From Felis catus (taxonomy: Eukaryota): DNA of 64,000 nt. The stretch lies in NCBI RefSeq assembly GCF_018350175.1, contig NC_058368.1, forward strand, positions 53,818,001 to 53,882,000, given 5' to 3'. Positions 10,781-21,847 of the stretch are shown here, one piece after another. The stretch's first letter is position 1. Each line of letters begins with the position of its first letter. The notes under the pieces are model-generated. The model worked only from the letters and a program-made list of their open reading frames with translations, was not told the origin of the DNA and searched no databases. The translations under genes were made by a program, and so were the position numbers.

Positions 10781-13700
10781 GTGCAAATCCATTTATGCAG
10801 CATGGGGTTCTCTGAGCTTCCTGGATCTATGGTTTGGTGTCTGACATTCATTTGGGATAATTCTCAATCATTATTGCCTCACACAGTGCTTCTCCTCTGT
10901 TTCATCGTCTTCTGGTATATCCATTACATGCATGTGACACATTTTGCAGTTGTCCCACATGTCTTGGATACTCTGTTCTATTTTTCTTTTTTTTTTTTCA
11001 CTTTGTTCATTTTTGGCAGTTTCTATGCTCATATCCTCCAACTTAGAGATTCTTTCCTCAGCTATGTCTGGTCTACTAATGAGCCCATCAAAGGCATTCT
11101 TCATTTCTGCTACAGTGTTTTTGAGCTCTAGCCTTTCTTTTTGATTCTTGGAATTTCCATCTCTCTGCTTACATTAACCATCTGTTCTTCCATGTTGCCT
11201 ATTTTTCCATTAAAGCCTTTAGCATATTAATTATAGTTAAAAAAAAAAAAAACAACTCCTGGTCTGACAATTCTAGCATTCCTACCATATCTGACTCTGG
11301 TTCTGATGCTTGTTCAGATTGTGTTCAAATTGTGTTGTTTCCTTTTTAGCGTAACTTGTAATTTTGTTGTGGCGGTGGTTGAAAAGTGAACATGATACAC
11401 TGAGTAAAAGAAACTTCTGTAAGTCGGGCTTTAGTAGTGGTATTGTGTTGGGGGAGGGAAGCGTTCTGTAGTCCTAGGATTAGGTCTCAGTCTTTTGGTG
11501 AACGTGTGCCCATGGAACTTTGCCAGTTCTTCTTGGTGCCCCCAACCTGCCCTGAGGTGGGGCAGAATGGGTTCAGGGAACTGGATTTGGATGTTTCTCT
11601 TCCCCAGGAAAGTCAGCTCTGCTAAAACCCCATCTGGTTAGACTCTGGTAAAAACGCTGTCTTCTCAGGGTAGGCCTTATTAAGAAGAACAGAATACTCT
11701 AGTATATTTGAAAATAGTTCCACTTATCCTCTCCCTGTTGGAAGTATCAGGGGATTTTTTTCCAGTTTTCACTCTGAGGTCTTGACAGAACTCCTGGAGG
11801 TAAAATGGTGTTTGATTAGTTGTTGTAGTTTGAAAATGTTAGGTGTCTATGTGGAATTTTGGGGGCACTTACCTGCTTGGTATTCTCACAAAAGTGTGGG
11901 GGTTCCCCTATGAGTGGGTCCCTTGGAGTTTTTAACCCCCAGATTTGTCCCCTCCGAGCCACCAGCATTTCATCAATTATAGTTCAGGCATTTTTAGTCC
12001 TGAGCTGGTTCCAGGGAGGTCTCTGCTTGTGGCTTTTAGCTCTAATAAGTTGTGATTTTCTGTATTTGTCTGTCTGTCACTCCAGTTTGGGGGGTGGGCA
12101 GTGGTTCACTCTGTGACCTCACTTTTCTGACAGATCTAAGAAGAGTTGATTTTTCAGTTTGTTCAGCTTACTTGTTGTTAGGATGGAGTGGTAACTCTTT
12201 ACCTATATTTATATGCAACATCTGTGGAGTCCTATCAATTTTCATTATAAGTGGCTTACAATAGGCTAGGCTTGGATTTCCCCATTGTGCAAAACTTGGG
12301 TCTTTAGGGACATTTTTGTTAAGCTCTGGTATATCTGGTTCTCACTTTGTTTGATCTACTAAAAAAGCAAAATCCTGATTGCCAGCCTCTGAGGCAGAGA
12401 CGTTTCACTGTAGAGCATGACTCTGCCTTGCCTGTCCCTCCCAACAAACAATTGCTGACTATGGGCCTGGGGTCCCCACCCAAGGTATATGACTAAGTTG
12501 CAATTGCAAAAATATCATAAGCAAGCACAGAATATTTGTTCAAGGAAACAGGACAATAAAGCTTACTTTCACCAAGCTATGTCTAGTTTAATCAGTATTG
12601 AGTGGCATGAGTAGAATCCTAAGAGCAATAAAAATAAGTATTGTCATAACCATTAGAAATAGTGTTCAGTGTTAAACTCTTGCCTTTATCACCTCTTCTT
12701 ATTCTCCTACAGATTTTGCCCCAGCACTGGTTAGCCTGGGTGATTATCTATTCCATAGATACTTATTGATTTCTGTAGTGCTGTTTTGTCCCTTTGTGAG
12801 CTATATGAGCTCTGATAAGCACTTTTTTTTTTAAATTTGGATTTCAGTGTTCAACACTTGATTTCTGAATCGTAGACTCCCTGAAAGTTTCAACTTCCAA
12901 AAGCATTTAATAAATTATGGATTATTGAGCAAAGGACTCATTTAGAGTGACGTTAATCAGAGAAAACCTCTTTGGAGAAGGCTGTAAACTAGAGGGCTTA
13001 TCTCCTTCCTTCCCTCCAGTCCCCTTAGCAACTTTCTGTAATGCCTCCCAGACCTGGTTCCAATTTCATGTCCCTTGAGAGGATGTCCCTAACTTCTCCT
13101 GTGAGTGACTCCTCTCTTCCCTACAAGCCTCTGAGATGACTTTTGGAAGGCTTCTATGGTTCATCTTTATATGTGCTATGTCCCCCTATCCCTTACACCG
13201 TGAGCTATACTAGAACAAGAACCACATTTCACCCTTTGAACAGAGCTCATTCCTCCTATAATACATGCCATTCATTTAGCTGAGATGATTTTGGTAGTTG
13301 ATGAAATATCATGTTTTATGAAAGTTCAATATATGTTATATATGTTCTAAACTGGCCTACAAGTGTGCTCAGTAGAAATGTGTGTGTGCCTTCTTTTTGT
13401 GTTTTCTTCAGTTCTGTGTACTTGGCAGGTGGTCGCTTGATGCTAGAATTCTCTGAACTGGAAGGAAACAGATGATATTCTTGATGGGCCCTTTCTTAAG
13501 AATCTCCTTGTTTATCATCATTTAAAAGCACTTATTAATTTACTTGCACATTGCTCATAGCAAGTAGAAGTTTAAACTAAGTGGTTTAATCTGTTCTTTT
13601 GGGCAGCTAAAATTATGCACACAAGTATTCACTCATGGAGAGCAAGAAAGGTGCCAGCTTATCTTGCATTACAGAGTACATTACACAGTATAAGGTACTG

Positions 13701-14107
13701 CAGCTGTTTTGAAAAATACCCTTTTATGGCAGGACCGAATCATGGGGTTGGGAGCTCATGCAAGCAAGCAGTTCCTTTGCAGCTCAGAGGGCACACTGCA
13801 GCGTTGGGGCAGGGATACTTCTCATGTCATTGCATATGCTCTAATCCAGATTCTCTTCACCACAAAACTGTTTTATGTGACTGAACTAACGGAAGAACGT
13901 TGCCCACATTTTCTTGTATACTTTCACTGGCAACAGGTCCAGCGCTAATCCATCCTCAAGCCTGACAGCCCGATGCGAGAAGAGGTAGCCCATGAGTTGG
14001 TGACTCTTCAGACAGAAGAAATGATTTAGGGTATTGCAGGTTGTCAGGCAGGTTCATTTAGGCTTATGCAGACAAAGTCTCCTTTTCCTAAGAAGTCACA
14101 AGAAGAA

Positions 14108-14330
14108 TTTTTTTTTTAATTTTTTTTTCAACGTTTATTTATTTTTGGGACAGAGAGAGACAGAGCATGAACGGGGGAGGGGCAGAGAGAGAGGGAGACA
14201 CAGAATCAGAAACAGGCTCCAGGCTCTGAGCCATCAGCCCAGAGCCCGACGCGGGGCTCGAACTCACGGACCGCGAGATCGTGACCTGGCTGAAGTCGGA
14301 CGCTTAACCGACTGCGCCACCCAGGCGCCC
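14108..14330 (-). mobile_element. Very young CAN-SINE (SINEC_Fc-type)
   Basis: CpG-rich, ends CCGACTGCGCCACCCAGGCGCCCC; flanks CACAAGAA(GAA)TTTTT. Confidence 0.97.
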
Positions 14331-14671
14331 CACAAGAATTTTTAATTGAATTATTCAGGTAATTGCTAAAATGTATTTTGCCTTGTGAGCAGCTTTGGAG
14401 TTTTCTTGCCTCTTTATTGATGATACGTTCAATAAATCCTATTGGAAGACCTCGACACCTGCCAACAGTCATCTTCTCCACTCTCAGGCCTGACATCATT
14501 CTGGGTGACTCAATATGACAATGTCTCCTCATGGTTCCGTACCCACCTCAAATTTAAGGACCTTCCCCAAGGCAGGCACCACTCCATGGCCACACTCTAA
14601 ACCACGTCAGATCCAGTTGGCCCACCTCTCAGATAGTCTTTTACTCATTCTTAGCCACTTGTTCCCAATCA

Positions 14672-14757
14672 TCTCTCTCTCTCCCTCTCTCTCTCTCTCT
14701 CCCTCTCTCCCTCTCTCCCTCTCTCCCTCTCCTTCCTTCCCTTTCTCCTCTCTTCTC
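14672..14757. repeat. (CT)n/CT-rich simple repeat
   Basis: direct reading. Confidence 0.9.
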
Positions 14758-15079
14758 CATAGAGAAGATTGGTCCATCTCTCAAATAAAGCCTTCACACT
14801 CATTCTTAACCATGTGTTCCCAAACATTTCTCTTTCTTTCCCTCCTTCCCTTCCTCCCCTCTTCTTTCCCTCATGTTACTGTTCTCAACATACCGATTCT
14901 TTGACTTCTTTAGTATCTGTATTTTAGAGCCCTTTGTCCCTCTCTCCACCAGATCCCTCCTGTCTCATTTAGCTTCCCACCCATGCTAGCGCTTTATCCC
15001 TTAGTTTACCAGTATTCTAAAATCTCTTAGTCTATTGTCTTCCCACCACACTGCTACAGAAAGAAGACCCACAAATCTT

Positions 15080-15311
15080 TTCTTTTTTTTTTTTTAATTT
15101 TTTTTTCAACGTTTATTTATTTTTGGGACAGAGAGAGACAGAGCATGAACGGGGGAGGGGCAGAGAGAGAGAGGGAGACACAGAATCGGAAACAGGCTCC
15201 AGGCTCCGAGCCATCAGCCCAGAGCCTGACGCAGGGCTCAAACTCACGGACCGTGAGATCGTGACCTGGCTGAAGTCGGACGCTTAACCGACTGCGCCAC
15301 CCAGGCGCCCC
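15080..15311 (-). mobile_element. Very young CAN-SINE (SINEC_Fc-type)
   Basis: perfect 16-bp TSD AAGACCCACAAATCTT at 15064-15079 and 15312-15327. Confidence 0.97.
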
Positions 15312-15366
15312 AAGACCCACAAATCTTAATGTAATTGCTACTTTCTCTGCTTTGATATTCATTGAT

Positions 15367-15609
15367 TTTTTTTCAAAAGTTTTTAATATTTATTTATTTT
15401 TGAGAGAGAGAGCACGAGAGAGGCAGGTGGGGGGGGGCGGGGCAGAGGAGGGGGTTGGTGCAGAGAGAGAGGGAGACATAGAATCTGAAGCAGGCTCCAG
15501 GCTCTGAGCTGTCAGCACAGAGCCCCATGCAGGGCTTGAACTCGTGAACTGCAAGATCATGATCTGAGCTGAAGTTGGACGCTCCACTGACTGAGCCACC
15601 CAGGTGCCC
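15367..15609 (-). mobile_element. CAN-SINE (felid type)
   Basis: TSD TGATAT(T/A)CATTGAT at 15353-15366 and 15610-15623. Confidence 0.95.
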
Positions 15610-16319
15610 TGATATACATTGATATTTTAAGAGAGAAATCATACGGTATTGAAGGTTGGTCCATGATAGATTTCTGCTCTGATCTCAGGGAAGCATGTGT
15701 GGCTCGCTGTTACAGCACTATCATGTTTTTCCTGGTCGGCATTCTCTCCTTCCACAGGGTATTTCAGATAATACTTACGCCTGTCAAAAGTACAACCTGG
15801 ATCGCTCTCTCTGATCTTGTCTTTGCTTCACAGAGAAACCAAGTAATTAGACAGTAATTCTTTCAATTTACTTACATACTTCTCAACCCTTTTCTCTCCT
15901 CCCCTGTTAAAAAGAGATTTGTTCTCCATAGGAGTTTAAATCTGGTTATTCCATCTCTTTGTATTTAATATCTCCCTCTCCTCTGGCCCACCTAAATATT
16001 ACATATGTATTTCCAGTGGGGGTGGGGCATCCCTCGTTTCTAATTCCAGTCCCTGCCCACTGTTCTCTTCCTAGCTTTCGTTTTTCATTTAGAGCCTGTC
16101 TTTTTTAAACATTTGTCTTTACTGCTATCTCCACAGTGCCACCTCCCAATCACGACGCAACTTAGCTCTTCATTCTTACTGCTCTGCTTAAACAGATCTT
16201 TAAAAGACTGATAATGGTTTCCTTATAGCTAAGTTTAAAGAACATTTGTAAGTCTTTACAAATCTTACTGGATCTCTCACTGATAAAACACAACTGATGC
16301 TTCCTCCTTTTTGAAATTC

Positions 16320-16542
16320 TTTTTTTTTTAATTTTTTTAATGTTTTATTTATTTTTGAGAAAGAGAGAGACAGAGCATGAACGGGGGAGGGTCAGAGAGA
16401 GAGGGAGACACAGAATCTGAAGCAGGCTCCAGGCTCTGAGCTGTCAGCACAGAGCCCAAGGCGGGACTCGAACTCACGGACCGTAAGATCATGACCTGAG
16501 CCGAAGTCGGATGCTTAACCGACTGAGCCACCCAGGTGCCCC
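16320..16542 (-). mobile_element. CAN-SINE (felid type)
   Basis: antisense SINEC; flanks TGAAAT(T/A)CTTT. Confidence 0.95.
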
Positions 16543-16694
16543 GTGAAATACTTTCATTCATGCTTTCTATGTCACAGCACTCCCTCTTGTCTTTACATGT
16601 TTGTTCATAGTTACTTTGTCTCCTCTTCCTCGGCCCATGCTTTTTAAATTGGTGCCACTCAAAGTGTTGTCTTTGATGCTTTGTCTCTACACCT

Positions 16695-17144
16695 TGTAGT
16701 AGGAGCAAAATAGTAGTCCCTTCCCAGAGATGTCCATGTCCTAAGTACCAGAACTGTGACTATGTTACCTTACATGGCTAAAGGGACTGTGTGGGCATGA
16801 TTAGATTAATGATGTTCCCATGAAAGATTATCCCGGATTATCCAGGTAAACTCAGTGTAATCACAAGAGTCCTTATAAGGGGAAAAGGAAGGCAAGAAAG
16901 TTCTTGAAGAAGATGTAGTAATGGAAACAGAGGTTGGAGGCATGCAGGCAGCCTCTAGAAGCTGGAAAAGGTAAGGACATCAATTCTCCCCCTGGAGCCT
17001 CCAGAAGGAATGCAGCTTTGATGACACCTTGATACTATAAGACCCACTTTAAACTTCTGACCTCTGAAAGTATAATACATGTATGTTGTTACAAGCCACT
17101 AAGTTTCTGATAATTTGTTACAGCAGCAACTGGAAACTAAGACA
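16695..17144 (+). mobile_element. MaLR solo LTR (MLT1D-like)
   Basis: TG...CA ends; AGATGTCCATGTCCTAA, GATTATCC.GGATTATCC, GCCTCTAGAAGCTGGAAAAGG, AAGCCACTAAGTTT...TTTGTTACAGCAGCAA. Confidence 0.88.
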
Positions 17145-17219
17145 ACCCTCTCCCTGGACAGTCTCATCTGACACTTCAGGTCTTTATCCTTTTACACATC
17201 AGAAGGCTCCTGAAGTACT

Positions 17220-17570
17220 TATGGTAACCTTGTTGCCATAACAAACTCACTGCCTAAACATAAAATTTCTTGGTCATAATTCGGTTCAGATATTGCTCCT
17301 GTAGTAGGATTGAGTAAGCGAAAAGGTCTTCCGCTGTTCAGTAACAGGCTGACAGAGGTCCTGCCATCTTCAACATTTGCTAAAAAGAAAAAGAGCATAG
17401 ATGAGTGCACCTGGGAGGTTATTAAAGGTCTGGTCTACAAGTGGTGTCATTTTCTTCTCAGTTCCACTGGCCAGATTTCAGTCACATTGCAACATCTAAT
17501 TGCAAAGGATACAGGGAAATGTAGCTTACTTGTGTGCCCATGATGAAAGAGAAAACATGGATTTCATTCA
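17220..17570 (-). mobile_element. Old MaLR LTR fragment (MLT1I-L-like)
   Basis: CAGGCTGACAGAGG..CTGCCATCTT; TTCCACTGGCCAGA..TCAGTCACAT; GGGAAATGTAG. Confidence 0.65.
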
Positions 17571-18666
17571 GCAGGTTTTTGAAATATCTCCCAAATCTGT
17601 ATTTCTAAGTCTGGTCTATTTTCAGACAACTGGAGCTACATAGCCAACTTCTTATTGGATAGCTCTGTTCAGAAGCATCTAAGAACCTTGAACTCAACAT
17701 TTCAAAAATGTAACCCATCATTTTCTCAATGTTGTGTCCTCCAGTGTTTCTAAGTCAGTGAATGGTAGCTCTGTTACCTAAGCCAGAAACCCAGGGGCCA
17801 TCTATGACTTCTCTCTTACTGCTTAGTCAATCACCAGGTCAATAAATAGTGAATAAAAGAATTCTGTTTCAGTTCTGTTAATCTTTCCAGCGTTATGCCA
17901 TCACCCTGATCTGTGCCATCACCATCGCTAACCTGGACCACTGAAAATGCCTCATAGTTTGTATCTATTCATAATTCTCACACGTCCATTTTTCACATGG
18001 TAGCTCAAATGATCTTCTGTGAATGTCAGTTCCCCAAATCCAAACTCACTGTAAATTCTTCCAATATTCTTAAGACAAGCATGGCTTCCGAGATTATCCA
18101 TGACCCATCTCTCCTGTGACAGATGCTTTTTGCTTTCTTTAAGGCTCCATGCTGTCGCTTGCGTCTGGATCTTTGCACATCCGTGCCCCTTGCCTGACTC
18201 TTATCCCTCACCTTCACACGTTTCCTGCGTGAAACTTGCCCTGATATCCCTCAAGAACATAGAACCCATATTATACTCTATTGTGTAAACGTCTGTCTTT
18301 CCTGAGAAAATGCCAGTTACGTGAGGGCAGGAAAAGAGTCTTATTCTTCCTCAGCACCTAGCATAGTGCCCAGTATGTAATAGTGCCAAGTAAATATTTG
18401 GTTAAAGGATGAACAGATCCTCATTTGTGTGTATCTAAGGCTTGTGAAGGTAGGTAAAGACTAAGGCATTGGTATTCTCATCACTCAGGTCCAAGTTCCA
18501 CTTTTACTCCTAATTTCTTTACTCATTAAAATGAACATTAAAAACAGTGATAACTGCTGTCATGGCATGATCCTCAATCACAAACAGCAGCCCTGTTTCC
18601 TGTACACATATATGATTGTTACATTAACTCATGGTGCTTCAAAGGGACACAAAAATAGCAAAAGCT

Positions 18667-19058
18667 TATTTCACTTAGCTAACACTCTCCAGTTCCATCC
18701 AAACTGAGGGCTGATGGGGGGTGGGAGGGAGGAGAGGGTGGGTGATGGGCATTGAGGGGGGCACCTGTTGGGATGAGCACCGGGTGTTGTATGGAAACCA
18801 ATTTGATAATAAATTTCATATATTTAAAAAATTTTTTTAAAAATGTAAAGGATATACACCTGCTCCCAAAATATCCTTGTCAGAAAGCCAAAAATCCATA
18901 ATGATAGTTCAATACTTAAGTTAGTCTAAAGAACTGCGAAGCTGCTTTACTAACAAATTTTTGAGCGTTTCTCTTACCTCTGTCTCTGTACAATGGGAGT
19001 GTCGCAATTTACCTGTAATAAAAATACAAAAAGTTACTTTCAAAAAAACCCCAACAAA
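18667..19058 (+). mobile_element. Young felid L1 insertion with 5' inversion and 3' transduction
   Basis: antisense L1 piece 18664-18701, sense L1 3' end 18700-18831, unique ~200 bp with AATAAA (19017-19022) and an A-rich tail; perfect 18-bp TSD at 18649-18666 and 19059-19076. Confidence 0.88.
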
Positions 19059-19171
19059 ACAAAAATAGCAAAAGCTACTATTAAGAATAGGCCAAGAATG
19101 GGTTACAAATAACCCAAAAACAGAGCAAAAGTTGCTTTCCAATTCAAGAAAATGTGCATTTTATGTATAGA

Positions 19172-19295
19172 CTATATACACACACGCACACACACACACA
19201 CATACACACATACACACATATTCTATATATACACATGTATAGACATATATTACATCTCTGTATATGTATGTATATGTATACACACATTTATATAC
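19172..19295. repeat. (CA)/(TA) compound microsatellite
   Basis: direct reading. Confidence 0.9.
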
Positions 19296-20332
19296 AATTT
19301 CTTTTTATTCCAACTTCCTGAGTTTATAGCAGGAGAAAAAAACTATAAATTTTATGGTTATTAAACTAGCTAAACTCAAGCCATGTTTTTAATTCAGAAA
19401 GGGCCAAACATAATTCCAAGTGATTTGGTCTAGCACTTTCTTAAATGACAAAAGAAGAGTTCCTTGTGAAATCATTATGGTCAATATGCTCTACATTTAT
19501 CTAAATTAAATGAAGACAATCTCTAATTATGAGAGATAAGGTGCATTTACCTAACTTCAAGCTTGCAAATATTTGGTTAAAAAATCATTTTGTATAGAAA
19601 TTTTTAAAAGAATGCTTAACCAATAATAAAAAATATTTTAATGCCCTAAACTATGTTACTATTATGTTAAGACAAAGATTTCAATTACACCAAAGTCTGA
19701 AAATTCAGAATGACTATTCCCAAGGAAATTGTAATCCATCCCCTGAGTGTACAATTCTGTTTTTGAAAGAAGTTCTTTTAACACAAGACAATGCAACCTT
19801 TTATTTGGTACATCAGGCAATTCAATAAAATACTATGGGAAAGGATGGATCTATGTAAGGTTTAAGGGCTTTGATTTGCATTTAAATGGCATCATTTTTA
19901 AAAAAAAATGTCTGTGCCTTTTTCAGTGGAGAGTTTAATAAAAGATGGAAAATATTACTGACTGTAAAAGTATGCATACAATTGGTCTTCAGTGAAAAAC
20001 GTAGAGAATTTTTTTATTAGAAGATAAATAGCAAAGCTTTTCCTGATGAGACTGAGTCAGTGCCCCCAAGCCAATGCTCGATCCAAGTAATTTGGTGACT
20101 AGTTTTATGTTTTTGTCTGTAGTAACATCCTCACAATTTTGAGTTTGGGGAAGCAAATTGTTTGATAATAATAATAAAGTTAAAAAAAGACCTGTTTCGA
20201 TACTTTGTGACTCTGAACTGTTGAGGGCAGCCACAGAAAGATCTACTTACAAAAAGGAGAGAGTTTAGGAGCTGAAACTTAAAAAGAGAAAAAAGTAGCT
20301 CCCAGAAAATAAATGGGAAGAATGAATGATGT

Positions 20333-20337
<5 letters not shown>

Positions 20338-20364
<27 letters not shown>
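20338..20364. repeat. (CA)n microsatellite
   Basis: direct reading. Confidence 0.95.
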
Positions 20365-20739
20365 GGAAAGGGTTCACAAAAGTGAGGTAAAAACCACCTG
20401 CCTGCTTTTGATTTTTCTCCATGGCAAGAGTTTTAGAGAGGATCTACTTTGGGTCTGGAGTCTCAAATGCAGCTTTGCGAGATTCTTGCATCTGTTGGAC
20501 TCACTGTGGGGATTGAGGAATGACTGTTTGCACCCCCAGTGCAGTTCTAGTCCAGTTGTAACCCTAGTCTGAACTAATTAGCTCTGTCTCATCATGGGGA
20601 GGCACAACGTTGATTCTGCCACATTGTAGTTGAATTTCAGTTGAAGAATTATCCTGGGAGTTGTGATAAAAGTATTTATTTAATCAATGATTTTTGAATT
20701 TCCAACATGTGCCAGGAGTGTACTAGATTTTTGTAATTC

Positions 20740-20890
20740 AAATAATAACTGATGTGTATATAGCATCCACAAGTGCTAGGAATTCTTCTGAACACTTAAT
20801 ATAACTCATTTAATCCTGGCAACAACATAAAAAAGCAGCTATTGTTATTATTCCTATTTTACAATAAAGAAACTGAGGCTAGAATAGCTT
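20740..20890 (-). mobile_element. MIR
   Basis: AACTCATTTAATCCT...ATTATTCCTATTTTACAATAAAGAAACTGAGGCT core. Confidence 0.85.
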
Positions 20891-21617
20891 CATGACAGCC
20901 CTTGACAAGCGAGACCAACAGGGGAGACATGTAACCCAACATTTGCATTGTGATGAGACATATAATAGCAATATATGCAGGGTGTGACACAGAGGCAGCA
21001 ATGGTGCCCCTAACACAGACTGGGGGTGTCAGAGAAGGCTTCGCAGGAAGCTGGTTCTTGAACTAAGTCCTAAAGAGTGGATAGGATTTAGACAAGAACA
21101 AAGAGAATGCTTTCCAGGTAGAAGAGGAGCATGAGGAAAATCCCAGAAACTAGAACAAACATGGGTGTCAAACACAGTAAAGGCACAAAGGGCAATAGAA
21201 TAGGAGTATAGGGCAGGAAATGGAAGTAGAGGGGAAAGGTGGAGGTGGACGGGTGACCAAGCATCAAACCCTGAAAAGCCTGGTTCACCATGCAGGCCGT
21301 GAGGAGCCATCAAATGAGTTTAATATGAGGGAAAAAAAATAATTCTTAGTATTAGAATAACAACCTAGAGAATATTGCTTATTGGATAAAAGCACAGGTT
21401 TTTTGTTTATTTTGAATACCGGCTCTACTTATTCTGCCTATTGGCTAATCACTCCACTAGTCATCCACTGATTTGTTTATAAAATAGGATGAGGGGATCG
21501 TGCTTAGAAATGGCTGAGTAAATGGAAGTACCCATAATGTGTATGCCATATTGGAGGAAAAGATAGGAAGAAAGGATACTAGTAAAGAGTTCATTTTAGT
21601 AACTTAGCAGTGAGATG

Positions 21618-21847
21618 ATGATGGTTCTTAATGGAATAGGAGTGAGGATTGATTTTGTCCTTCCCCCGGGATATTGGCAATGTCTGGAAGTATTTTGGTT
21701 GTCACAACTGGGGGTGGGTAATACTGGCATCCAGTGGGTACAGTCCAGAGATGTGGCTAAACATTCTACAATACACAGGACAGCCACCCACAAAAAAAGA
21801 ATTATCCAACCCAATATAGCAACAGTGCCAATGTTGATAAACCCTGT
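21618..21847. mobile_element. MER20 (hAT-Charlie MITE)
   Basis: TTGGCAATGTCTGGA..TTTTGGTTGTCACAACTGGG...CTGGCATCCAGTGGGTA...GCTAAACATTCTACAAT. Confidence 0.88.

Larger units (their letters stand above)
8575..12200 (-). mobile_element. Old L1 (L1MD-like) 5' half: 5'UTR, ORF1 and endonuclease remnants, interrupted by a SINE and a young L1
   Basis: ORF 8610-8816 (RDSEGHYII..EDITILHLY) resembles the L1 endonuclease; ORF 10871-11104 (KNAFDGLISR..AEERISKLED..QSIQDMWDN) resembles the ORF1 coiled coil. Confidence 0.85.
14430..18415 (+). mobile_element. Fragmented L2 LINE hosting three SINEs and two MaLR LTRs
   Basis: pyrimidine-rich L2-like tracts ending with the L2 3' terminus CAGCACCTAGCATAGTGCC...TAAATATTTGGTTAAAGGATGAA at ~18350-18413. 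Confidence 0.65.

Noticed and set aside
12713..12800. Strong-looking + strand splice acceptor (CTCTTCTTATTCTCCTACAG)
   Set aside because: No convincing donor or coding signal; the sequence looks like an L2-derived pyrimidine tract.
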